Shown: positions 46,890-59,941, counted from the first letter of the stretch. The stretch is 64,000 nt of DNA from Mobula hypostoma (GCF_963921235.1 NC_086110.1:9734001-9798000); one strand, 5' to 3'. Notes: generated from the sequence alone by a model not told the origin. Translations and numbers: made by a program.

Positions 46890-47330
46890 AATCTCAAGTC
46901 AGGTCAAGTTTATTGTCATTTCCACCATAATGTGCTGGTATAGTACACAGTAAAAACAAAACAACGTTCCTCCAGGACCCCGGTGCTACATAAAACAACA
47001 CAGAACTGCACTAGACTATGTGAGACAGCACAAGGCTACACTGCCACAAGAAAGCAGCATACAGCAAGGACCACCAGTATCCAGGCTCTGTCATCAGAAA
47101 GGAAGTACAGAAGCTGTAGGTCCCACACTACCAGGTTTAGGAGCAGTTATTACCTTTCAACCATCAGGCTCCTGAACCATAAACAACAAACCAATCTTTG
47201 TTTATATATAGTTTTTTAAAATTAATTCTATTGTATTTCTTTATTTTCCTGTAAATGCCTTCAAAAAATAAATGTCAATGTAGTATATGGTGACATATAT
47301 GTAAAAATTTACTTTGAACTTTGAACTTCC
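46890..47330. mobile_element. Rex1/Babar-like 3' fragments
   Basis: ALSSERKYRSCRSHTTRFRSSYYLSTIRLLN and a (TTGAACT)n tail near 47312-47327. Similar pieces at ~48930-49260. Confidence 0.55.
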
Positions 47331-47979
47331 GAGTGTTAATGTTGAACCATAAGATGCACATGTTAACTAGGCGATTTAAAGAAATTCAACACAGCAGTTC
47401 TGTCAATGACCTGATTCCCAGTCAACTGCTGCATCAGTGACACTTTCCAGTTTCATGGATCAGTGCTGCCCAGCTATGCTTTCACTTTCCTTATGGTGTT
47501 AGAGCTGTTTCAACTGTATTTAACATGTCTGTCTGCTGAACATGCCCAAAAATGAACAGCCTGCAGTTGAACAATCTTTTCACTGGGTGGCACTGTAGTA
47601 AACCGCTCAACTTTCTTGTGTGAGCTTTTTTATTATCTTCCAGTTTACACTGGAGCAAAGTTTTCTAATATCCACAAGTAAGAGAACAAAAGTTGAATAA
47701 TCATTTAGTAAAGTGACAGTTCTGCTAAGCATTCTCATTGGTGAGTGTCCCAACTTGATGCCAAATGAAGTTACAAGCACTATCTGAGAATCTGAAATAA
47801 AAGCAGGATGTGCTGAAGTTGCTCAGGATGAATGAACTTCAATCTGAATTGTTAACTATGTCCCTCTCTCCACAGAAAACACTAATTGCTGAATATCTCT
47901 GAATGGATTTTGGTTCCCAATACCATCTACCAGAAGGAAGAAAGGGTTTCGAGGAGGAAAGTTCTGCCATTCTTAGAAC

Positions 47980-48410
47980 ATAGAACATTACAGCACAGTA
48001 GAGGCCTTCTGGCCCATGATGTTGTGTCCACCTTTTAAAGTACACTGATAACAACCTAACCATTCTGTGCTACATAGGCCTTCATTTTATATCATCCATG
48101 TGCCCCTCTAAGATTTTCTAATGCTGGGGGTGGTAGTATAAGCATCTACTACCACCCCAGTAGGGCATTCACCACTCACCACTCTCTGTGTAAAAAAAAC
48201 TACGTCTGGCATCCCCCATATACTTTCCTCCAACCATCTTAAAATTATGCCCTCTCATATTAGCCATTTCCACCCTGGCTAAAAGTCTCTGGTTATTCAC
48301 TTAATCTAAGCCTCTTATCATGTTGTACACCTCTATCAAGTCACTCCTCACCTTCCTTCACTCCAGAGAGAAATGCCCTTGATTGGTCAACCTATTCTCA
48401 TAAGTCAAAA
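47980..48410 (-). mobile_element. CR1 3' fragment
   Basis: (TTCTATG)-type tail at ~47975-47990 and the typical CR1 3' ORF2/UTR on the minus strand. Confidence 0.8.
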
Positions 48411-49499
48411 TATCCACCATATGCCTTGCCTAAGGCACTGCTAAACTGTTCCATCTAAAATAACATGTAGAGCACAGTGAAAATCAACAAATATTTTCTG
48501 TTTATAGTATTTGTGCAGCAGTGCATCCATTATCATTCCTCATCATTGCACAATGTTCTGATACCAAGATTCTTTTAAGTTCAGGGTCTGACTCTTGGAT
48601 AAAAGATCATCCTTTTCAGACCAGCAGCATCACATTGGTCATTTTTTCCTGACTTGACTGAGGATTTTTACTGGTCTTGTACATACAGATACTAATTTCA
48701 GTTTCTAGCCAATGGGGACACCATATTAGGTTAATGGCATAGGTAGACAATGAACAGTAAACACAACTTTCAATCTTGGCTTCACATGCTGATGTTGAAT
48801 TTTAGCCTGGTTCCAGAAACATCAAAGGATCATCAAGAACTTCCCTTGACACACTATGAAGCACAGGAGAGGATCATCAAGAACTTCTCTTAGCATACCA
48901 TGAAACACAGGCCCTACGAAACAAGGAAGTCCGAATCAGAATCAGCTTTAATATCATCGATGCATATTGTGAAATTTGTTAACTTTGTGGCAGCAGTACA
49001 ATGCAATACATAATAATAGAGGGAAAAACTGCGTGTGTGTGTATATATATAGTAGATAAATTAAATAAGTAGTGCAAAAATAGAAATAAAAAAGTAGTGA
49101 GGCTGTGTTCATGGGTTCAATGTCCATTCAGAAATCTGATGGCAGAGGGGAAGAAGCTGTTCCTGAATTGCTGAGGGTGTGCCTTCAGGCTTCTCTACCT
49201 CCTTCCTGATGATAGCAATGAGAAGAGGGCATGTCCTGGGTGGTGGGTGGTGGGTGCTGGCTTTCTGAGGCACTGCTGAGAAAGTTCATCAGAAGGTAAC
49301 CACCTACAGATGATGTCACTTGCCTCTCCTGTCAGTTTGCTTATGAATGCAATTCTATTTAAGGCTACTTGTTGACAAGAAGTGGATATCACATTGAAAT
49401 GTTAAATTCAGATTGAAAGAAAATTAGTTGACTTGTATGTTTGGAGAAATTAAGCAAAATAAAATTTGCTAGTTGAAAATTTTGAGAAAAATTATTAAT

Positions 49500-50100
49500 A
49501 GTTGTTCAGTAGGGTAGTGGCAGGCTGGTCAGGTGCTTCACTGGTGTGGCAGGCAAAAGCCTCAGTCCTGCTGTCCCAACTTGGGGACATCTGCCAGTCA
49601 ATTGTCACCATTATATTTGCTGACAGAGTTCGTCATTATCATTCTAGTTGCAGAGTACATTCCACCCTGATAAACATCAAGCTGGCACTGAAGGAGCCGA
49701 GCACCAAGAGCAACCCTGATGACATTCCAATCATCATGGGGGCTTCTACATAGCCAACCTGAAGAAGGCTCTGACAAACTACCACCAACATGACACCTGT
49801 AGAACTAGAGGAGCCAACACACTTGATCACTGTAACAACACCATCAAGAACACTTACCATTGCACCCCCTGCCTGGCTGTGCTTCTACTCCCAGCATTTA
49901 AGCAGTCTGAAGACACTAAGACTGCAAAAGTATGATCAGGGAGGCAGAGGAACATATACAGAACAGCTTTGGTTTGGTGAACTGGACCTTCATTAGGAAT
50001 TCATCTTCAGATCTGCATAAATATGTCACAGTTGTCAATGACTTCATCAAGACCTGTGTAGGTGAGTGTGTACCTACACTAATCCCAAGTTATTCTCCCC
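49500..50100 (+). mobile_element. Rex1/Babar endonuclease fragment
   Basis: PIIMG.F..ANLKKALTNYHQHDTCRTRGANTLDHC..TIKNTY and YVTVVNDFIKTCVGECVPT. Confidence 0.7.
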
Positions 50101-51275
50101 GCATTCGCGCTAGATTCTACCACTTACCTATACACTAGGGCACTTCATAATAGCCAATTAACCTACCAAGCTACACATATTTGGGATGCGGGAGAAAGTT
50201 GGATCACACAGAAGAAGCCCACACAGTCACAAGAACATGCAAACTCCGCAAAGTCAGCACCAAAAGTCAGGATTAGGTTTATGGTAATGACAAACTCAAG
50301 TTGATGAGCCCTACTCAGGAAAAACCCTGACAATGAGTCATAATCCAAATTATGTATAGTATATTTTTCAAGTACATAATTTCTGCACAAAAAATCAAGG
50401 AAAAGTTTTTGAAATCATTTTATGTTAAAGATATCATCTTTCTTGCCTAGGGTTGTAAAACAGAAGTAATTTGTTTGAAAATGCCTTGTATTTAGACAAT
50501 AAGCAATAGGAACAGAATTAGGCCATTTGGCCAATCAATTCTTCTCCACCATTCCGTCGCGATTGATTTATTGTCCCATTCACCCCTATTCTCATCTTTT
50601 CCGCATAGCCTTTGACTCCTTTACTAATCGTGAACTTATCAATCTCTGGTTTAAATATAACCCAATGACTTGGCCTCCACAGCCATTCGTGGCAATGAAT
50701 TCCACAGATTCACCATCCTCTGTCTAAAGAAATTCCTCTTCATCTCTGTTCTAAACAGATGTCCTTCTATTCTGATAGAATAGAAACTCTGATCCTAGAC
50801 TTCCCCACTATAGGAAAAATTCTCTTCACATCCACTCTATCTCGGCCTTTCAATATTTAATAGGTTTCAATAAGATCATCCCTCATTCTTCTAACCTCTA
50901 GTGAGTACGGGTCCAGAGCCATCAAATGTTTCTTTAAATCTTTTTATTAAATAAGTATACAAAAGAGTAAGCCATATAGACACTAATACACTGTTAGAAT
51001 ATAATAAAATTTCAGAAGATATTAATACAAAAAAAATTACTACAAACAATGTAATTTAAACATAACATACCAAGGTAACATAATAGTATACTAATTTTAT
51101 ATATATATCAATAGAGAAAAGGAAAAAAAAACCCCAAAAAAAAACCCACCGTGCAACTAACTAAAAACAAAGCAAAGCAATGGGCTAACTTGAAACCAAA
51201 CAGAGTTAAACTTAAAATCACGTCCTCAATCCCGACCTCCATTAAAAACAGTAAAAAAAACAAGAAGGGTATATA

Positions 51276-54200
51276 TTACATTAAATGAAAATATTGAATA
51301 AAAGATCTCCAAGTCTGTTCAAATTTAAATGAGGAGTCATAAAGATTGCTTCTAATTTTCTCCAGATTCAAGCATAATATCATCTGAGAAAACCAAAAAA
51401 AGGTAGTTGGAGCATTAAGCTCTTTCCAATGTTGTAAGATACATCTTTTCGCCATTAAAGTAAGAAATGCAATCATTCTACGGGCTGAAGGGGAGAGATT
51501 ACTGGAAATTTTAGGTAGTCCAAAGATAGCAGTAATAGGGTGAGGAGAGATATCTATATTCAATACCTTAGAGATAATATTAAAAATGTCTCTCCAAAAA
51601 GTTTCCAAAGTAGGGCAAGACCAAAACATATGAGTTAAAGAGGCCATCTGCCCCGGACATCTATCACAAAAAGGATTAAAATGAGAATAAAAGCGCGCTA
51701 ACTTATCTTTGGACATATGTGCTCTATGAACAACTTTAAATTGAATTAGGGAATGTTTAGCACAGATAGAGGAAGTATTGACTAATTGTAAAATCTGCCC
51801 CCAGTCATCCACGGAAATGGTAAACCCCAATTCCTGTTCCCAATCTACCCTAATCTTATCAAATGGAGCTTTCCTAAGTTTCATAATAATATTATAAATC
51901 ATAGCCGATGCACCTTTCTGACATGGATTAAGGTTGATTATAGTATCTAAAATGTATGTAGGAGGAAGCATTGGAAAGGAGGAAAGTATAGTACTTAGGA
52001 AATTTCTAACTTGTAGATATCTAAAAAAATGTATTCTTGATAAGTTATATTTATTAGATAATTGTTCAAAAGACATAAGGGAACCATCTAAAAATAAATC
52101 CAAAAACCGTGAAATACCCTTAGTCTTCCAAGTTTGAAAAGCACGATCCGTAAAAGAGGGAGAAAAAAATATGTTACCTAAAATAGGAATCGCTAACCCA
52201 AATTGGTTAAGATCAAAAAAATTTCTGAATTGAAACCAAATACGCAAGGTATACTTAACTATCAGGTTAGACACCTATTTAAGGCGTTTCCAATCAAAAG
52301 GAAGAGAGGAACCTAAAATAGAGTCAAGTGTAAAACCCTGAACAGATTGTAATTCCAATACTACTCATTTAGGAATGGATAGTATATCCTGGTCCAGTAA
52401 CCAGAATTTCATATGTCGAATATTAATTGCCCAATAATAAAATCTAAAGTTAGGTAATGCTAAGCCTCCATCTCTCTTAGCTTTCTGTAAATGTATTTTA
52501 CCCAGTCTCGGGCTTTTATTCTGCCAAATAAATGAAGAAATTTTAGAGTCAACTTTAGCAAAAAAAGATTTTGGAACAAAGATTGGTAATGCCTGAAATA
52601 TATATAAAAATTTTGGCAAAAAAACATCATAACTGCATTAATACGACCAATCAAAGTTAAATATAAAGGAAACCATTTAGATGAAAGTTGAGTAATATGG
52701 TCTATTAATGGTAAAAAGTTAGTCTTAAATAAATCTTTATATTTACAAGTAATTTTAATCCCAAGATATGAAAAATAATTATTAATCAATTTAAATGGAA
52801 ATTTATAATATAAGGGAAGTTGTTTATTAATCGGAAAGAGTTCACTCTTACTAAGATTTAATTTATAACCTGAAAAAAGACCAAATTGTGCTAATAACTC
52901 TAAAACAGCCAGGATAGATTTTTGAGGATTAGAAATATATAAAAGTAAATCATCAGCATAGAGTGATAATTTATGGGACTTTAAGCCCCGAGTTATCCCA
53001 GTAATATTTGGAGATTCTCGAATGGCAATTGCAAGAGTTTCTAATGCAATATCAAATAATAAGGGATTAAGAGGACAACCTTGTCGAGTACCTCAAAAAA
53101 GAGGGAAAAAAGGTGAACTTAAAGAGTTAGTATGGACCGAGGCCACAGGAGAATAATATAAGAGTTTAATCCAGGATATAAATTTCGAGCTAAAATTAAA
53201 CATTTCAAGCACCTTAAATAAATAAGGCCATTCTACTCTATCAAAAGCTTTCTCGGCATCTAAAGTGATAACACATTCAGGAACATTTTGTGAGGGAGTA
53301 TAAACGATATTTAACAGTGTACGAATATTATAAAAAGAGTAACGACCTTTAATAAAACCCGTTTGGTCTTCTGAAATAATAGAGGGAAGTACTTTTTCTA
53401 ATCTATTTGCTAATAACTTAGAAAAAACTTTAGAATCAACATTTAATAAGGTATTGGTCTATAAGATGCACATTGAGCAGGATCTTTATCCTTCTTTAAT
53501 ATTAAAGAAATTGACGCTCTATTAAAAGATTCAGGAAGTTTACCAAGTTTCAATGAAGCCTCAAAAACCCTACAGAGCCAAGGGATTAATGAAGGAGCAA
53601 AACATTTATAAAATTCTACGGTAAACCCATCAGGGCCAGGAGCTTTCCCCAAATTCATAGAGAAAATAACATTCTTAATCTCATCCATGTTAATAGGAGT
53701 ATCTAACATAGAAGCCATATCCTGTGAAATCTCAGGGAAGTCTAAATTATCTAAAAAATCATTCATATATTTAGAATCTCGAGGAGACTCTGATTGATAT
53801 AAGGAAGAGTAAAAATCACAGAAGGTTTGATTAATCCCCACATGATCAAGTATCAGTTGATCATTTTGGTTATAAATCTGATTAATTTGAGATTTAGCAT
53901 AATTAGACTTCAATTGATTAGCCAACAGTTTGCCAATTTTGTCACTGTGTACATAAAATTCACTTCTTGTTTTCTTTAATTGGTTTACAATCGAGGACGA
54001 GAGTAATAAACTGTGTTCCATTTGAAGTTCAGTTCTTTGTTTATATAACTCCTCAGAAGGAGCTATAACATATTTCTTATCAATTTCCTTAATCTTGTCC
54101 ACAATTACCAACTCCTCCTGCTTCTGCTTCTTCCTCAAAGCAGCAGAATACGAGATAATCTGACCACGAATATAAGCTTTAAAAGTGTCCCAAAGAGTGT

Positions 54201-55050
54201 TAACAGAAATATCCTCTGTATGGTTAATTGTAAAAAAAAGATCAATCTGTTCATTCATAAAGTTAACAAAGTCCGAGTCCTGAAGCAACAGCGAATTAAA
54301 ACGCCATTGTCTATTATTTTGTATATTGGCCAGAATTTTAATAGAAAGCTTAAGTGGAGCATGATCCGAAATGGTTATAGAATCATAATCACATTTAATC
54401 ACTGAGGAAATAAGACGAGAATCAATAAAGAAATAACCAATTCTTGAATAGGAATGATGAACATGTGAAAAAAAAGAAAAATCTTTTTCCTGAGGATGCA
54501 AAAAGCGCCAAATGTCCGTCGACCCAGAATCAGAAAGGAATGAATTAATCAAAGTTGCAGATTTATTAGGTAAGGTCCGTAAAGGAGCCGAACGGTCCAA
54601 AGCTGGAGACAAACAGGTATTAAGATCTCCGCCCCAGATCAATGAAAACTCATTCAAATTCAGAAACTGATGAAATAATGATTTATAAAATTCCGGACAG
54701 TCCATATTAGGAGCATAAACATTAACCAAAACTACTTTTTTATTGAATAGTAAACCACTAACCAATAGAAATCTACCATTCGGATCAGAAATAATATCAT
54801 GTTGTATAAAAGTAACTGAGGAGTCTATAAAAATAGAGACGCCTCGAATCTTAGCATTGGAGTTCGAATGAAACTGTTTTCCCTTCCAGAATTTAAAAAA
54901 ACGTAGTCTGTCCCCCCTCCGCACATGGGTCTCTTGTAAGAATAAAATTTGTGCTTTAAGTCTCCGGAACACTTTAAAAACTTTTTTCCTTTTAATAGGA
55001 TGATTAAGACCATTAGTATTCCAGGAGACAAAATTAATAATAGACTCCAT
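51276..55050 (-). pseudogene. L1 ORF2 (APE-RT-CCHC), disrupted
   Basis: SWNTNGLN...LFLQETH, NVYAPN, GGDLN, SDHAPL, KAPGPDGFTVEFYK, SLDAEKAFDRVEW, QGCPLNPLLFDIALE, ITLYADD, CDRC...HMFWSC. Several frameshifts and stops. Confidence 0.93.
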
Positions 55051-55765
55051 AAACCCTAAAGTCAACCCACAACAAGGAGGATTGACGATAGGCTCGACCC
55101 ACGAACCCGGAGAGGGAACAGAACATACAAGAGATACCGGGAAGAAGAACGCAACCAATACTTCAATAATGTATATAGCCCAAAAAGAAAGAAACTAAAA
55201 CGTGAAGCCCCTCCCACCACCCGCCACCCCATGACCCCAAGGCTAAATCTAACGCAGACCAGCCCGAAAGAAGCAAGCACTAAAACTACCCCCATGACTT
55301 CCGGTATACGCTCCCTAAAAAAAAAGTGTAAATATAAAAAAGATCAGCTGATTATAAAACAGTAAAAGAATAAAAAAAGATAACTCAATTAAAATAAACA
55401 CATAACAGAATAAAAGCCAGAAAATATACTTAAAAAACCGCAATAAACCCCAGACCCATGAATAAACAGAACAACAAAAAAAAAAGATTATTAACATTAA
55501 CTAGTTATAAAAACCTACAAAACAAAATAGATTTTAAAAAAACTACAAAATTTAAGGCCACAAAGGAAATACGTAAAATGACAATAAGGAAGTAACTACC
55601 CAGAATCCCCTGGGAAAAAGAAAGAAATGACGCAGTTAAAAAGAAAGTTTAGCAACCATATTAAGTAATCAAAAATAAACTTTTCTGCCCAAATAGGGCA
55701 AAAAAAAAATTAAGATCGACAAATTCACAGCCTCCGATCAACGGAGATAGTTTAAAAAATTACAA

Positions 55766-56147
55766 TTAAGATGTTGAAGGTGAAAATTGATCCAGATAAC
55801 TCTGGGCATGCGATGGAGAGTCAAAAAAACGGAGGGCTCCATCCAACGTACAAATCCTTAGACGTGCAGGGTAAAGAAGCGCTGGTTTTAAATCCATCTT
55901 GTAGAGTTCCGACATCACAGATCTGTAACGAACCCGTTGATCCCGGATTGGTTTACTGAAATCTTCCACGAATCGGAATTTGAGATCCAAAAAATCAATG
56001 AAACCTTTAGATCGAACAAATCGAAACAGTTTCTCCTTGTCTTGAAAGTAATGAAACCGTAAAATGACATGTCGAGGTTTATCTGACCTAAGCAAGTATG
56101 ATGGAACTCTGTGAACGCGATCCAATAGCGGTGGTTGGTCAGGAAAA
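55766..56147 (-). pseudogene. L1 ORF1 C-terminal fragment
   Basis: LDRVHR...KPRHVILRFHYFQDKE...FVEDFS...LLYPARLRI. Confidence 0.88.
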
Positions 56148-57515
56148 ATCAAATGTTTCACATACATTCCCAGGATCATTCTTGTGAACCTTCTCTGGAC
56201 ACACTCCAATGTCAGCACATCCTTTCTTAGATAAGAAGCCCAAAGTTGCTCACAACGTTTTGAATGCTTTGTGACCAATGGCATAGAAAGCCTCAGCATT
56301 AGATCCTTGTTTTTTGCATTGTAGTCCTCTCAAAATGAATGCTGACATCATAGTTGCCTTCCCTGACTCAACCTTTAGGCAATCCTGCACGATGACTCTC
56401 AAGTCCCTTTGCTCCTCTGATTTCTGAATTTGCTCCCCATTTAGAAATTAGTCTGAGGTTCAAAATTTCAAAGATTCATTTATTATCGAAGCATGTATCT
56501 GCATACAGCTTGAAATTTGGCTTTTCCAAATAAAGAACCTAAAATTCGTTCAGAGAGAAACATCAAACCTACCCTCCCACACAAAAAAGAATGGCATCCT
56601 GAACATCAACCCCCAATACCCCACCCCTGCACAAAATGGAAAAGGAACATTGCCCACCAAAAAACAACCCCTTCCTTGCACAAAAAGATCTAACAAAACT
56701 CAACAGAATATCAATCCCCAAACACCCTCCTCTTGCAGAACAAAACAGAAAAGGAACAGGCAATTAAAAAAAACACAGAATATAAAGCCATAAACCTGAA
56801 AAAGTCCACAATCCATAAACACAACAGTCCAATTCATAAACACTGAACCATAATACAATCCTACGATATCATCGGCATTCATTGAAAAAGAGGAACACCA
56901 CACAAGGCAGAGAGGCCTACCTACCTGCCACAGGGAGCCACACTGCAATAGGCTGCTCACAGACTCCTTCTCCAGTAGCAATCACAAGGCAGGCAGTCGG
57001 TGCTGAAACTCTCACTCACCTTCCACTTTCACCTTGATAAAGTTTTATCTTCCTCGAATAAAGTCTCAATTTTCCTCGAGGGTGTCTTGATTGTGGTTGT
57101 TAATGATATGAATTTCTTAGAGTATTGTGTTTATTTAGGTTTATAAAAACAAGCTTTTATAAAGTTAAAGCAGTGTTTTATGTTTATATGGACTGAAGAA
57201 TGACAAATCATCAGAATGCTATGCTGAATATCCACTCCTTGTGAACTTCTTTATCCTGCAGACTATTGCTCTAAATAAAATTAGAATTATGTGGTCACAG
57301 ATAAATTCTGTTCATAATAATTTTCATGGAGCTTTCTAATTCTGGATTTAACCTTCTTACAGTGTTTCTTTAATTTTACTTCCTACCCCAAGGAGGAAAG
57401 CAAAGCCTCACTTAAGGCCCTACTAACTTTTGCGAGGGTGCGGGGGATCAAATGTATTTTATAGTTTGCCACTGTTGTTATATTTGCAGTGTTAAATTGA
57501 AATAACCTTTGATTG

Positions 57516-57752
57516 TGTTGGGCACGTGGCCAAATGGTTAAGGCATTCAGCTAGTGATCTGAAGGTTGCTAGTTCGACCCTCAGCTGTGGCAGTGTGTTT
57601 GTGTCCTTGAGCAAGGCACTTAAACACACATTGCTCTGGTGTCTGTGCGAGGAGTGGCGCCCCACAAGGACTTCCAATCTGTGCCTTGTAAGGCATGAAA
57701 ATGCCCGACGCAGGCCTCTCATGGTCTGAGTTCGATGCTTCCCCCCCCCCCC
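57516..57752 (+). mobile_element. tRNA-derived SINE (V-SINE-like core) with poly-C tail
   Basis: A-box-like TGGCCAAATGG, B-box-like GTTCGACCC, core GTGTCCTTGAGCAAGGCACTTAA. 11-bp TSD ACCTTTGATTG at 57505-57515 and 57753-57763. Confidence 0.85.
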
Positions 57753-58019
57753 ACCTTTGATTGATACATTGCTTGGCATGGCTTTCTACAGCATCTGCCG
57801 CCTAGATTTGCAAATTACTGGAATATTCACAAAGTACCCATCCTCCCTAGGTGGGGTTCTGTTCCTGTGGACCATTCATGACGTGGACAGTTTACAAAGC
57901 AGAAATACAGTGGCACGCTGAGTTCACAGGTGGCAGAAAATGCCTGCAGTTCTGAAGTAGCTGTCAAATCCATCACACCAAACCCCCTACCACTTGTCAT
58001 AGGTATAATTGGAGAGTAG

Positions 58020-58500
58020 CCTCCAACCTGACAGCATGAATATTGATTTTCTAACTTCTGGTAATTTCTCCCCCCTTCCCTTTGTCTCTTTTCCATTCCC
58101 CATTCTTGCTCCCCTCTAACCCCTTCCCTTCTCCTAATGTGCCCATCATCTCCATTTGGTCCCCTGCTCCTTCCCTTTCCTCCATGGTCCACTCTTCATT
58201 CCTGTCAGATGATCTCTTCTTCAGCCCTTTACCTTTTCCACTTACCTCCTCTCAGCTTCTCACTTCATCTCTGCTCCTCCACCCACCCACTTTCCATTCA
58301 CCTGGCTTTACCTATCACCTGCCAACTTGTGCTCTTCTCCTCCCCCCAACTTCATATGCCGGCTTCTTTCCTCTTCTTTTCCAGTCCTGATGAAGGGTCT
58401 TAGCCTGAAACATCAATTGTTTAATCCCCACCATAGATGCTGTATTTTTTGTGTGTTGCTGTGGATGTCCAGCATCTGCAGCATCTACAGAATCTCTTGT
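58020..58500 (+). mobile_element. Penelope-like 3' terminal fragment
   Basis: SLQPDSMNIDFSNF followed by a pyrimidine-rich tract and the terminal repeat. Confidence 0.75.
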
Positions 58501-59279
58501 GTTTCATATGTACGGGTGTTCATAACCTGGGGGAGGATCAGTAGAAGCTATTTTTAATGGTTCTGTTGTTAAGGAAGCTTGTTAAGATCTTGTTCCAACC
58601 AGAGTGCAACAGCCAGCTGGCAGAAAGACCCAAACAGGGGTAACAGTCAGCAACATTAGGCGGCTCTACAGAGATTACAATCAGGTGGGAGTTCCAGTAA
58701 ACATACCCCTTAATATTGCCTATTAGTCATGATCACATGAAATTCAGGGAAAACTAGTGGGGCAATAGAACTGCAGTGTGAGCTTGCATAGACTCAATGG
58801 ACTGAATGGTCTCCTTTACTGACATAAGGAAATGTGAAAATATGGTATATTTGAATCTGAATCTGAGATAAGAGAATAGTTTGTACTTCCATACTTTCAT
58901 GTTTCCTTACATCACAAAGAAGACCATTCAGCCCATTGAGTCCATGCAGGCTCGCACTGCAGTTTCATCTGTGTTTAAACCTTCCTAATATTAACCACAT
59001 CCTTATAATAAATGCCCTCTCATACCAGTTGCAAATTATATAGGATGCTGAGGACAGTGCCAGCTCATCATAACTAGTACTTGTATAAGAGGAGTAGACA
59101 GACAGGGGCTCCTTTATTGTAGCTCTCACAGGTTCATGGCAAAGGCATTCCTTGGAACCCAGATTTTGGCAGAGATGTATAAGAGGGGCTATAATAGCCA
59201 GTGGATGTTGTCCCCTGGAAAACTGGAGTTAAAATATGAACTGTGAGCGTCTATGACATCTGACATCTGCAGTCAGACT

Positions 59280-59750
59280 GTATTCTGTACCAGGATGCAG
59301 CCTGGATTAGAGTGCATGTCTTATAAAGGTAGGGTGAGCAGGCTAGGGCTTTTCTCTGCAGCAACAGAAGATGAGAGGTGACTTGACGGAGGTGTATAAG
59401 ACTATGTTCAGAGTGGATAGCCAGTTCCTTTTCCCCAGGACAGTAATGATCAATACCAGAGGACATGTGTTTAAGGTGAGTGGCGGAAAGTTTAGGGGAG
59501 ATGACAGAGGTCGAATGTTTTTACACAGAGAGGGTGGGTGCCTGGGGCTCACTGCTGGGGTAGTAGTGAAGGCGTATAAAATATAGACATTGAAGACACT
59601 CTTAGATAGGCAGACAGATGTGAGAAAATGGGGGTTATAGGTTATGGAGTAGGGAAGGGTTAGATTTTTATGGAAAGGTTTATATAGGTTTGCACAACAT
59701 TGTGAACCAAAGGGCTGGTACTGTGCTGTACTGTCTGATGTTCTATATTC
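59280..59750 (+). mobile_element. CR1 3' fragment
   Basis: MRGDLTEVYKTMFRVDSQFLFPR...TRGHVFKVSGGKFRGD; tail ttctatattctatg. Confidence 0.85.
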
Positions 59751-59845
59751 TATGGTCTCTGTTCCATGTTTTTTTTTCAGCCATTGCAGTGAGTATGTGC
59801 TATTCCTGTAATCTCCCTGCAGAGTGCAGTCCCACACATCAGAAC

Positions 59846-59941
59846 CCGTTTTATAACACTTCCTCATTAATAATAATAAGATAGGAATGATGAGAAAAAG
59901 AGAAGCTTTAAGCCAGAATAGGAAGAACATTTTGCGCACAC
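59846..59941 (-). CDS. Gene C: transmembrane exon with intramembrane Lys
   Basis: Acceptor ttagcatcgttacAG; 96 nt, phase 1-1, open. Encodes (G)VRKMFFLFWLKASLFLIIPILLLLMRKCYKT. The donor G|GTTCTG is weak. The charged residue sits in the same position as Arg in gene A (WLK vs WFLR). Confidence 0.65.

Larger units (their letters stand above)
50933..56147 (-). mobile_element. L1-clade LINE, 5'-truncated within ORF1, with 12-bp TSD
   Basis: TSD ATCAAATGTTTC at 50921-50932 and 56148-56159; ORF1 C-terminus, a T-rich spacer and ORF2; AATAAAAA near the 3' end (~50941-50948). Confidence 0.93.
50500..56450 (-). mobile_element. CR1 3' fragment (50500-50932 plus 56148-56450) hosting the L1 insertion
   Basis: CR1 3' ORF2 sequence (...YLRKDVLTLECVQRRFTRMILG...) continues across the L1 boundaries. 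Confidence 0.8.

Noticed and set aside
48828-48915. ~44-bp tandem duplication (ggatcatcaagaactt...)
   Set aside because: Only two diverged units, with no spacer array or coding context. It is ordinary slippage or duplication, not CRISPR-like.
57520-57590. tRNA-like sequence with A and B boxes
   Set aside because: It continues into a SINE core and tail and is flanked by a TSD, so it is a SINE head rather than a tRNA gene.
57838-57960. 123-nt open phase 1-1 interval on the minus strand (ATSELQAF...YFC...GRM)
   Set aside because: Poor polypyrimidine tract and no Ig, TM or signalling motif in a sensible arrangement. It cannot be supported without transcript data.
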